From Antedon mediterranea (lineage: Eukaryota; Animalia; Echinodermata): 64,000 bases of DNA. Within the stretch, counting starts at the first letter, position 1; each line of letters begins with the position of its first letter. This document shows, piece by piece, positions 1-10,272 of the stretch. The notes below the pieces were generated by a model. That model was not told where the DNA came from. It searched no databases and worked only from the letters and a program-made list of their open reading frames with translations. Location of the stretch: NCBI RefSeq assembly GCF_964355755.1, contig NC_092675.1, positions 26,384,912 through 26,448,911 of the forward strand. Direction: 5' to 3'. A program made the translations under genes and the position numbers.

Positions 1-374
1 AATACATACAACGTCTAAGGTAGGCCTAAGTTAATAATACTTTTAACTGAAAATTAGGGTTCACAACTAACTTGTCGAAAAGAGTAAAACGTGAATGGAA
101 TAATTACTTTTGTATAGTATTGTGAATTTTTATAATTAAAAACACGTTATAATAGGATTTGATAATTTAGGTATAAATGTTGTTTAAAAAACTGTTTATA
201 CGAACAGTGTTATCGTATGCTAGAATGGTTTAGAAGTTAGGTCCATGGGTGAGAGGCCTGTTGTATCAGAACTAAAGTAATATTCACTGGATGTTAATGA
301 AAGACCTATTTCAAACAAATTGATTAGTCATTTAATTGTGTAAGCGATTTAATGACATTTACATATTCACCCAG

Positions 375-535
375 AAATCTGAACCATTTTGTGTGACGCA
401 ATACCAAGTTACAGATTGGCCAGTTGACCAAGACACTCCCGAGAAGTTAGAAACATTGTTGCAGGTGTATGAAATGGTTCAGTCTTCGCACGCCGGTGTT
501 GAGGATGGAGTGAATCCCATTGCAGTTCACTGCAT
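375..535 (+). CDS. PTP exon (WPD-loop region to HC of the signature motif)
   Basis: Acceptor cccag ends at 374; donor gtaagt at 536 (phase 2); encodes KSEPFCVTQYQVTDWPVDQDTPEKLETLLQVYEMVQSSHAGVEDGVNPIAVHC. Confidence 0.92.
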
Positions 536-1076
536 GTAAGTTCATGCGTACAATATTAAAAACACACTTCTAAAATAAAGTAGGCCTATTGAACATAATC
601 TATTATGTGTATTATGTTTTCTTATAGAAACGGTGTTGGTCGAACTGGCGTCTATTGCACTATGACAGAAACATTGGACAGAGTGAAACATGATGACGTC
701 GTCGACATATTTAACTGTGTTAAAATGCTTCGAGAAAATAGGCCAGGTTTGGTGAATAATATTGTAAGTCAAATAATATTGCAAAATTGATTTTACTAAA
801 TTAAAATTTAACTTGATTTGTTTATTCAGTGTTTTTTAAGTATTTTTTCAAATTAAGATAATAAAATAAACTACAGTTTTAGAAAAAAATGAACGGTTAA
901 TTTATTACATTAAAATCTGTGCGCTATTTCTTATATATGCCTATTTTGTTGTAGTCCAAAAGAGGAAAAAAGAGAAAACCCTTCATATATTAATTTGTAT
1001 ATTTTAGGAGCAGTATACACTATGTTATGAGCTCGTGGGAGCCTACCTTCAACAATTTGCAACGTATTCTAACTAA
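375..1076 (+). CDS. Receptor-type protein tyrosine phosphatase, 3' end (D2 domain); join(375..535,628..763,1008..1076); 5' part lies upstream of the window
   Basis: Spliced at canonical AG/GT sites it reads KSEPFCVTQYQVTDWPVDQDTP...PIAVHC-I-NGVGRTGVYC...VDIFNCVKMLRENRPGLVNNI-EQYTLCYELVGAYLQQFATYSN*. This has the PTP signature (HCxxGxGRTG), the WP loop and the EQY motif. Confidence 0.93.
628..763 (+). CDS. PTP exon (NGVGRTG P-loop to Q-loop)
   Basis: Acceptor ttatag ends at 627; donor gtaagt at 764; phase matches the previous exon (AT+A = Ile). Confidence 0.93.
1008..1076 (+). CDS. PTP terminal coding exon EQYTLCYELVGAYLQQFATYSN*
   Basis: Acceptor ttttag ends at 1007; conserved EQYxxCY motif; TAA at 1074-1076. 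Confidence 0.9.
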   Translation, partial: EQYTLCYELVGAYLQQFATYSN

Positions 1077-1129
1077 TGAGGTAGGCACTCAAATCTGCAG
1101 CTAGACTGGAAGACATCTGCAAGATATGA

Positions 1130-1790
1130 ATATCCAAGTTACCTATGATAATATGATAATAACCAATTTACCGTATATTAACTACGTTACCTGTGGTAAT
1201 AACCCAGTTGTAACTAAGTTACCCAATGTAATAACCAACCAAGTTACCTCTTCTAATAACCATGTTAACTGTAAAGTTACCTGTATTAACTAAGTTACCT
1301 GATAATATCCAAGGATATCTGTGATGATATCCAAGTTGCTTGTGATAATAACTAAGTTACCTATGTATAATTACTAACTTACTGTGAACCACCACGTTTT
1401 TAAATAGAGTTGTAAGAAGTTACCTACAAAAGTTACCTGTAATAATCAAGTTATCTGTGATAATAACCAAATTCCTTGCTTGCATATATATTTACCAAAT
1501 TAGTGTGATAATAATTAAGTTACTTGTATAATAACTAAAGGTACCATATTAACCAAGTTTTATCTGTATATTAATTAAGTTTTATCTGTATATTAACCAA
1601 GTTACCTGTAATAGTAATCATGTTACCTGTATATTAAATAAAAAGTTACCTTAATTATTACTAAGTAACCTGTATAATAACCAAGTTAGTTTGATAATTA
1701 ACCACAAGTAGTGTGATAATAACCAAGTTAGTGTGATAATAACCAAGTTAGTGTGATAATAACCAGGTTAGTGTGATATAAACAAGTAAG
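1130..1790. repeat. Degenerate ~20-bp minisatellite (AACCAAGTTACCTGTRATAAT-like) in the PTP 3' region
   Basis: Dozens of variants of aagttacctgt/ataataacc; near-perfect gtgtgataataaccaagtta units at 1711-1780. Confidence 0.85.
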
Positions 1791-1914
1791 TAAAATTAGC
1801 TGGTGAGGTGTGGGAAATGGAGGCGGGTAAAGTAAATTTAAAAACATTCACCTTGATAGATTATTCTTAAATTACTTAAAATTTACCAATCGATGATTTA
1901 GTTTTAAGGTTTAA

Positions 1915-2459
1915 AGATGTATTGTCCCTTGAAACAAAAAAAAATGAAGGTCAAAATATTCTAAATTTAAATTGGCCATATCAAAGTAATACTAAAGTTA
2001 TTCGTTCGAGCCAAAAACAACAAGTTTACGTAAATAACAGGTAAATTAGTTTGATAACATTTCGTCTGGAAAATCGTCGGGAGCGAAAGTAGTAAACAAA
2101 GATTTCAAACCATGAGTACGCATTATTATGCATATGCTAATTAGGATTATTTACAACTCGTCACAGTTGAGAAGGTATTTTCACACAGATCGTAAAGAAG
2201 TTTTATGAAATATGGATGCAGAGTAGCGAAACAAGCGCGTTTCATTATGGGGTATGATTTGATGGAAAACTTTGACTGGAAGTCAAAGTTATTTTTTAAA
2301 CAAAAAAACGTCTGTATTTTAGTTAGGCCTAAATGATTTTTTTTTCGACAAATTTTTGGTGATAGTTAATAACTATTATGATACTTCAAAATGACCCACC
2401 TTTTTTCGAAATCTTTTATTTTTTATTTTTTGGGGATTAGTCAAAGGGACAATACATCT
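1915..2459. mobile_element. Non-autonomous DNA transposon, TTAA-specific (Kolobok-like)
   Basis: TIR AGATGTATTGTCCCTT / AAGGGACAATACATCT; TTAA at 1911-1914 and 2460-2463; AG..CT termini fit Kolobok rather than piggyBac (CC..GG). Confidence 0.8.
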
Positions 2460-3279
2460 TTAATTTAAGTTTTGCGTTTAAAAAAAATATATTATTGAGT
2501 TGCTTTTCTACTATTAGGCCTACTGCGGCTATGTTATTATGTTTTTAGAGAAAAAAAAGCGACGTCGTACATTCCCGTCGTAATGTCGAGATATTCTATG
2601 AAGTGTAAAAAAACTTACCAAGGCACAGATTTTACAATTGATATTGTATAGTCACTTACTTATAATGTTTTCAATAAAATGACAAATCATATGCATAATT
2701 ATTATTATTATTGACATTAATAGTACACACCATAATAACATGAATCAAATATCTATGCAAGCAGATCCTACATTCTGTATACATTATGTAGTATAGGCCT
2801 ACATACATTATTATATTTCATATTATGTTAATTGGGATTTATATAGTTGTACGTATTGTATTGACCAATGGCCGTCGAGATAAGATTGAAGTATAGGCCT
2901 GTAATAGGCCTACTATTCAATTCCGGTAGTCAATAAAGCCTATAGTGCAATCTCGCTGTAAGTGTAGTAGGCCATAAATCCGGGTATAACGTTATTTAAA
3001 TAAAGAACCTCAGCAATTCCCCAGTGGAATTAGACCCCCCCCCCACCCTTTAAAATTGGGACGTCCCACAGGAATTTTTCATTCTAAGATAAGAATCATG
3101 TACTTCTCAACGACTTTAAACATTTCAAATGAAAATACTACTACTACTATAGTAGTAAGCCTAGTAGTCATGTCTACACTATCACACTTTATCTGATGTG
3201 CCCATTCACCAACCAAACATTGCAAAAATGGCCAGTAGTAGTAGTCACAAAACAAAAAGACACAAAAATATGCTTATTT

Positions 3280-3494
3280 CATGACGCTCGTTCTACTTTA
3301 TATAGAGGCCTTTTAAACCCGGAGCTACCCTTTAAATTAAACCATATCGGTTAAAAGTGCGCCATCTATTATATTTATAGCAATTTGCAAGTTGCCGCGT
3401 TTGTTTGTTGTGTGTAAACAAAAATAAAGACTTTTTTAGAGTAACACTTAACAGTACTTATGATCTTCTGCCTTCCTTTTCCTCAGTAAAGTGT
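3280..3494 (+). promoter_or_regulatory. Candidate distal promoter / non-coding first exon of the ankyrin gene
   Basis: Relatively CpG-rich stretch ending in donor gtgt|gtaagt at 3495; sequence downstream of about 9.5 kb appears CpG-poor. Inference, no transcript evidence. Confidence 0.35.
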
Positions 3495-3539
3495 GTAAGT
3501 ATAATGACAGAATAATAATACGTCAAAAAATCATAATAT

Positions 3540-3768
3540 GCTAGGCTAGGGCTAGGCTAGTCAGTCTAGTTAGTAAGCCTAGCTAGCCTAGTAGACTAGT
3601 AGTAGTAGCCTAGGCCTAGCTAGGCCTAGGCTAGTAGTAGTATAGTAGAAGTAGGTAGAGTAGTACTAGCCTAGCTAGGCCTAGTAGTAGTAGGCCTACT
3701 AGGGCCAGCCTACAGTAGGCCTAGGCTAGTAGGCCTATCTAATAAGCTAGGTCTAGCCTAGTAGTAGC
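3540..3768. repeat. Low-complexity CTAG/TAGGCCTA/TAGTAG array
   Basis: Sequence is made almost entirely of ctagg, taggccta and agtagt words. Confidence 0.85.
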
Positions 3769-4698
3769 GGCGCTAGTTCCGTTTCGCACCTGTTTTTATT
3801 TTGACTTCCTTTTGACTCCAAATTGTTAAGCAACTTATTGTGAATACCACACCTTAAAATTGGGCCTCATAAGTACTTTTATGAAGAAGAATCACATAAA
3901 AAGTAACAAATAAATCCTTAAATTGATGATTTTACAGACATGTTTCTCGCATACCGTTCGCGAATTTAGCATAGGCCTACTCGAAGTTCAATATTTTCGT
4001 TTCTATGGAGCGCCAAAAGAGCAACAACAATAAATGGTTAAAACCTCAGTGTAATGCGTCTTCTTTTAATGCATTTATTATTGAAATACACGTTTAATTT
4101 TAATATATTTTGTCAATAAAAATGCTGTAACATTTTACTGCTATTGCTAATAATTTGTTGTTTTCAAATAGCAACCAACCCTAGGCCTAAGACTAAGAGT
4201 AAGACTAAGACTAAGAGGAATATTGTTTAGATCAGGTATACCCCTACAGACTACAGTACATGTAATATGATGATGAATTTGTCGATTTTCATTCCTAAAA
4301 GTTCCTGCAAAAACCATGTACAGTATCAACAGTAATATTTTTGTTGCATTGACATTGACAAAATATGATAAAATTGAACGTAATATTCACCAATAAATGC
4401 ATTAAATATACGCAATTTACTGAGTTTTTAGCCCTCTATTATGATTGCTCTTTTGGCGCTCCATAGAAACAACAACATTGAACATGGAGTAGTAGTAGCC
4501 TATGCGAAATTCACGAACCGATGTGCGAGAAACACGTCTGTAAATTCATCAATTTAAAGGATTTATTTTTTACTTTTTGTGTGATCTCCTTCGTAAAAGT
4601 ATTTTTGAGGCCTAATTCTAAGGTGTGGTACTCACGATAAAGTTACTTAACCAATTTTGAGTCAAAATAAACGACAGGTGCGAAACGGAACTAGCGCC
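3769..4698. mobile_element. Palindromic MITE with ~370-bp imperfect TIRs (Merlin-like)
   Basis: Termini GGCGCTAGTTCCGTTTCGCACCTG / CAGGTGCGAAACGGAACTAGCGCC; 8-bp direct repeat GTAGTAGC at 3761-3768 and 4699-4706 (flanks are low complexity, so the TSD call is soft). Confidence 0.75.
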
Positions 4699-5739
4699 GT
4701 AGTAGCTAGCTAGGCTAGGCCTTGAGTAGTAGTAGTATACGCCTTTTTTTCACGAACAGTGACCGACCGATCGATGACAAACAACAATGCTGTGCAGGAA
4801 AGTGTAACCACAAGAAATAACAATACTACTATAGATAGGTAGTGCGACAAGGACAAGTTACTTAGTCCTTACCAAAAATGTCTTCAACAGACAGACAGGC
4901 CTAGGCCTAATACCATTTTCAAATCTGCAAAATGTAACAACTTGTAACAAGTTTGGATAGTGACAGTGTGAATACAATTTTGAGGAAAATCTCCAGAGAT
5001 TTCATAGGTGTCCCTTTAGACAAGTTCTATTTCCTCTGAAATATGATGTAAGAAGCATTTTTGGGTAGAAGCTGGGATCCACTTGATTTAGGATATTTCG
5101 ACCTTGCTGATTACGAATATGGCGGATCCCAAGCGAAATTCGGCCATCTAAGTCCTTAATTTGCATAATTAAAAATGGCGGCCATTTTTTATAATTACCC
5201 TATATCTCGAGAACCACTAGTCACAGATAATTAATTTTGGTGTCAAAATGTTTTAAATATATGTTTTTATATTCACTTTAATGACACATTTTCTCAAAAA
5301 ATTGATGCAAGTCGTATTTCTGACATTTTGACCTTTGACCTTGATTTATCGTATCTCAGTAACCAATAATCGGAGAGACACGAAATAGGGCTCAAATTGT
5401 TCAGAAACTATACATTCTTATTTATTATAATGAAATGTTTTTACAAAAAATGGCCGATTCTACAACTATTGACCTTTGAACTATTAGTCAAATATAATAA
5501 TATAATAATAATATAACTTTGAAAATTGTGGTCTTATGAATTTTTTTTTCTTTTTAAATTGTTTAAAACATGTGTGTTTCTATACAGTCTAATGGCACAT
5601 TTTGTACAAGAATGGCCGATAGTATGGTTATTGACCTTTAAACTACAGCATAGGCCTACTGTATACTGAATATAATATAATATAATTGCATAACTATGAA
5701 ATTATTTATACTCAATAATAATTAGTAAAATTATAAAAT

Positions 5740-6240
5740 TCACTGCCATCAAATATGATGTGTTATGATTTATATAGATTTAAAAAAAAATTGAACACGC
5801 AAGTTACATTTGTTGAAATTTAAAATTACCTGCCATCAATATGATGGAGTATGATTATAGATTTTTTTAAATGTGAACATGTCAGCTACATTTGGAAATT
5901 ACCTGCCATCAATATGATGGATTATGATTATAGATTTAAAAAAGAATTTGAACACATAAGCTACATTAGAAAATTACCTGCCATCAATATGATGGATTAT
6001 GATTATAGATTTAAAAAAGGATTTGAACACGTCAGCTACATTTGGAAATTACCTGCCATCAATATGATGGATTATGATTGTATAGTACCAGCCATCAATA
6101 TGATGGATTATGATTATAGAATTAAAAAAGAATTTGAACACGTCAGCCACATTTGGAAATTTGGAAATTACCTGCCATCAATATGATGGATTATAATTGT
6201 ATAGGTTTGAAAGAATAGTGAACACGTAAGCTACATTGGG
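5740..6240 (+). repeat. ~72-bp tandem repeat in the left arm of the foldback element
   Basis: Unit TTACCTGCCATCAATATGATGGATTATGATTATAGATTTAAAAAAGAATTTGAACACGTCAGCTACATTTGGAAA and variants. Confidence 0.9.
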
Positions 6241-6259
6241 AATGAACATGTTAAGGGCA

Positions 6260-6608
6260 TCAGTTTTGATCATTCATGCAAAGGTTTCCGTCATCTTTAG
6301 CGTTGTTACAGTAGCATATTAAAGCTGTACATGGTAGTTTTGACTTTTTGCACCTACATCTATATGGTTATGCATCGTGTCTTGCATCCACAATAAATCA
6401 TCTCTAACGAAGCAGTAGGAATAGCTTCATTTTTCAGAAGCACTGGTTGAAGTTTACCATTAGATAGCTCCCAACCAAAATATGTTGGTGATGGCAAATG
6501 CTGGATTGGCGATACAGCTTTTTTCAATACGAGTGCTTGGAAGTGTGCTCTTTTTATATGATGCTGGTGCACTGCATCGCTTGTTGGAGGTAATTTTTTT
6601 TTTTTTAA
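6260..6608 (-). pseudogene. Inverted duplicate of the transposase C-terminus (LPPT...HIKRAHFQ...GW...Cys finger)
   Basis: ORF 6360..6668(-) reads LPPTSDAVHQHHIKRAHFQALVLKKAVSPIQHLPSPTYFGW...CGCKTRC; it is the reverse complement of 7385-7732. Confidence 0.85.
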
Positions 6609-6630
6609 ACATGGCATGCCTAACTTAAAA

Positions 6631-7732
6631 CTGTCGATAAAGGACACCACCAGACAAAGATGAACCAAAACACAGAGACCAATTCGTCGAATTATAGAAA
6701 GTGGTGAAATACCGCTGCCAAATTGCTGGTCAAACTTGTTGGCATTACAAGATAATAATGCAGATCTGACACGATTTCTATCAGAGGAGTTGATTCGTCA
6801 AGCTCCTATAGACAAAGAAATTGTCACAGCTGGTGGATTTATGAAAGAATCAGTTGTTAAATCATCAAAATTGTACACGAATACGTTGTCTCTGGTCAGA
6901 CCATGAAGAATCGGACACGAGACTTGTCATGCTGCCAATGTCCGATACGACACAGTTGTAGTTGCTTCTAGGGATACAGACGTACTAGTGATTCTAGTGT
7001 CTCACTACCAAAGCATGGTATCCAAATGGATGATGACAGGGACATCCAAAAAAAGAAAGTATCTATAAAAGACATTTTTCAAGCCTTGCCCGAGGGTTCT
7101 GCAAAAGCACTGATTCCATTCCACACTATTAGTGGATGCGATACTACCTCATATCCAGGGAAGAGTTAAATTATATTAATACATACATACAGTAATTTAA
7201 CTCTTCACTGCTCATATCTAAGTGGTCACTCAAAGGCATCGGCATGGGAAGTATTAAAAAAAGGTATGAACTAATTAAAGACCTGGGAGAAAACCTATCA
7301 GTGACCAAGTTATTATGAAATCGGAAAGATTCATTTGCTACGTTTACGGTGTTGGTCAAGTTAAAAGTACCAATAAAGTTAGGCTTTAAAAAAAAAAGGC
7401 ATTACCTCCAACAAGCGATGCAGTGCACTAACATATAAAAAGAGCACACTTCCAAGCACTCGTATGGAAAAAAGCTGTATCGCCAATCCAGCATTTGCCA
7501 TCACCAACATATTTTGGTTGGGAGCTATCTAATGGTAAACTTCAACCAGTGCTTCTGAAAAATGAAGCTATTCCTACTGCTTCGTTAGAGATGATTTATT
7601 GTGGATGCAAGACACGATACATAACCTGCCAATAGATGTAGGTGCAAGAAGTCAAAACTACCATGTACAGCTTTATGCCGCTGTAACAACGCTAAAGATG
7701 ACGGAAACCTTTGCATGAATGATCTTAACTGA
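6631..7732 (+). pseudogene. Academ-type transposase pseudogene, C-terminal XPG/FEN1-like nuclease + Cys8 finger
   Basis: Across stops and frameshifts: SIKDTTRQR*...WSNLLALQDNNADLTRFL...HEESDTRL..HAA...VVASRDTDVLVIL...FHTISGCDTTSY/LSGHSKASAW...LPPTSDAVH*HIKRAHFQALVW...LPSPTYFGW...CGC..CRCKKSKLPCTALCRC...CMN. Confidence 0.85.
7156..7210. mobile_element. 55-bp hAT-like micro-element
   Basis: 18-bp TIR CAGGGAAGAGTTAAATTA / TAATTTAACTCTTCACTG (1 mismatch); perfect 8-bp TSD CTCATATC at 7148-7155 and 7211-7218; removing it restores GCDTTSYLSGHSK. Confidence 0.88.
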
Positions 7733-7744
7733 TGCCCTTAACAT

Positions 7745-8465
7745 GTTCATTCCAAATGTAGCTTACGTACGTGTTCACATTTTCTTTTAAATCTATACAA
7801 TCATAATCCATCATATTGATGGCAAGTAATTTTCAAATGTAGCTTACGTGTTCAAATTCTTTTTTAAATCTATAATCATAATCCATCATATTGATGGCAG
7901 GTACTATACAATCATAATCCATCATATTGATGGCAGGTAATTTCCAAATTTCCAAATGTAGCTTACGTGTTCAAATTCTTTTTAAAATCTATAATCATAA
8001 TCCATCATATTGATGGCAGGTAATTTCCCAATTTCCAAATGTAGCTGACGTGTTCAAATTCTTTTTTAATTCTATAATCATAATCCATCATATTGATGGC
8101 AGGTACTATACAATCATAATCCATCATATTGATGGCAGGTAATTTCCAAATTTCCAAATGTAGCTGACGTGTTCAAATTCTTTTTTAAATCTATAATCAT
8201 AATCCATCATATTGATAGCAGGTAATTTTCTAATGTAGGTTACGTGTTCAAATTTTTATTTAAATCTATAATCATAATCCATCATATTGATGGCAGGTAA
8301 TTTCCAAATGTAGCTGACATGTTCACATTTTAGAAAATCTATAAGCACACTCCATCATATTGATGGCAGGTAATTTCAAATTTCAAATTTCAAATAATGT
8401 AACTTGCGTATTCAAATTCCTTTTTAAATCTATATAAATCATAACACATCATATTTGATGGCAGT
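7745..8465 (-). repeat. ~72-bp tandem repeat in the right arm of the foldback element (more copies than the left)
   Basis: Reverse complement of the 5740-6240 unit: ATAATCATAATCCATCATATTGATGGCAGGTAA... Confidence 0.9.
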
Positions 8466-10272
8466 GAATTTTATAATGTTACTAATTATTATTGTGTATA
8501 AATAATTTCATAGTTATGCAATTATATTATATTTAGTATACAGTAGGCCTATGCTGTAGTTAAAAGGTCAATAACCATACTATCGGCCATTCTTGTACAA
8601 AATATGCCATTAGACTGGATAGAAACACACATGTTTTAAACAATTTAAAAAGAAAAAAAAATTCATAAGACCACAATTTTCAAAGTTATATTATTATTAT
8701 ATTATTATATTTGACTAATAGTTCAAAGGTCAATAGTTGTAGAATCGGCCATTTTTTGTAAAAACATTTCATTATAATAAATATGAATGTATAGTTTCTG
8801 AACAATTTGAGCCCTATTTCGTGTCTCTCCGATTATTGGTTACTGAGATACGATAAATCAAGGTCAAAGGTCAAAATGTCAGAAATACGACTTGCATCAA
8901 TTTTTTGAGAAAATGTGTCATTAAAGTGAATATAAAACCATATATTTAAAACATTTTGACACCAAAATTAATTATCTGTGACTAGTGGTTCTCGAGATAT
9001 AGGGTAATTATAAAAAATGGCCGCCATTTTTAATTATGCAAATTAAGAGCTTAGATGGCCGAATTTCGCTTGGGATCCGCCATATTCGTAATCAGCGAGG
9101 TCGAAATATCCTAAACCAAGTGGATCCCAGCTTCTACCCAAAAATGCTTCTTGATTCGTTTTCTAGGCCGTTTTTTGAGAAATGGAACCTGTCTACTTGT
9201 GAAATCTTGAAGAAAAACAAACTAAACAAGAGGCCTGTGTTTTTGTTTGGAGATGTTCAGAGTTCTCACTGCACGCATGCGTTTATTGCCCTGGTATTAA
9301 CAGCAATCAAATAGCGCGCAACTAGTCTTTCCTCTCGATTTCACAAGGTTTGCATTTGCGTGTGTTAAAACATAACTCAGGAGATCAAACATGGTAACAA
9401 GTTGTAACAATTTATGCAGATGTGAAAAGGGTATTATGGACAAAATTGTTAAACTGTAAATGTTCTTATAACAGATTAGTAATAGTATATATCACTGTGT
9501 GATTTAAAAAATTGATTGAACTGGGTCCTTGGCTAGGATGTCCCATGGAAAGTCCCCCAAGTCAAGCATGTTTTTGTTTTGTTCATGCGAGGGAAATCTA
9601 TAATAAATTACATTCAATAAGTCAAAGATGCATTCCAGGTAGAATAGCAACCTTATTGTACTGTACATCAACACTTTCAATTTAAATGAAATTATGTTAT
9701 TTTCTATAGACCAGAAATTCTGAAATACAAGATTTTATCCGACTGTTGTAGGGCTACTACTATTTAGGTTGCCCAGGTTTGCAAGTCTCCCTAAAAAATG
9801 TTTCTTCGGCTTTACAACTAGCCTTTTCACAGTCCTTCCTTTTTAGATGATCTTAGTTGATATTGCAATTTTGGTTACAGTAATACTGGTGAACAATCAT
9901 GGTTACACATAAATAATTTGTTAGCAAAAGAAAAATTACATTATTTTGTATATTATATTCATACTTAATACAACTACTTTCTTTGACAGTTTATTTTCTA
10001 AAATAAAATAGGGTTAGTATTTATCAAGAGGTAGTAACTGGTTTTAATTAAAGGACAATTTTTAAATTTATTATTTTTTAAATACTTCAGTTAGTTATTT
10101 GTTATTATATAACCCAGTGATATAAATATGTGAATGTGATTGGTCGTAATTGCATCACGTGACTACCGCTCTAAGGATAGTAAACGTTATAAATCCTCTA
10201 ACAGTGTTATTTTGGTACATTAGTGCTATTGTTGTATGTATAATGAGTCTTCATTTTTTAATGGTATCGAAT

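Larger units (their letters stand above)
5017..9195 (+). mobile_element. Academ (AcademX)-type DNA transposon, defective foldback derivative
   Basis: Termini TAGACAAGTTCTATTTC / GAAATGGAACCTGTCTA; 3-bp TSD CTT at 5014-5016 and 9196-9198; arms ~5051-6608 and ~7385-9151 are reverse complements; internal XPG/FEN1-like nuclease and Cys-rich finger remnants. Confidence 0.85.
4908..9436. mobile_element. Old short TIR element interrupted by the Academ-type insertion
   Basis: TAATACCATTTTCAAATCTGCA at 4908 is the near reverse complement of TGCAGATGTGAAAAGGGTATTA ending at 9436; both sides have (t/g)taacaa subrepeats. Confidence 0.5.

Noticed and set aside
542-784. 80-aa minus-strand ORF
   Set aside because: Antisense shadow of a PTP exon.
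1911-2463. piggyBac assignment for the TTAA-flanked element
   Set aside because: Termini are AG..CT rather than CC..GG; Kolobok-like fits better.
5851-6186. 111-aa ORF with repeated KLPAINMMDYDYRFKK
   Set aside because: Product of the ~72-bp tandem repeat in the transposon arm, antisense to the transposase 3' region; no evidence of a real protein.
6631-7732. Host XPG/FEN1 gene or domesticated nuclease
   Set aside because: Multiple stops and frameshifts plus a nested insertion, bounded by TIRs and a TSD; it is a transposon pseudogene.
9036-9314. 92-aa ORF
   Set aside because: Lies in the non-coding terminal inverted repeat and crosses the element boundary.
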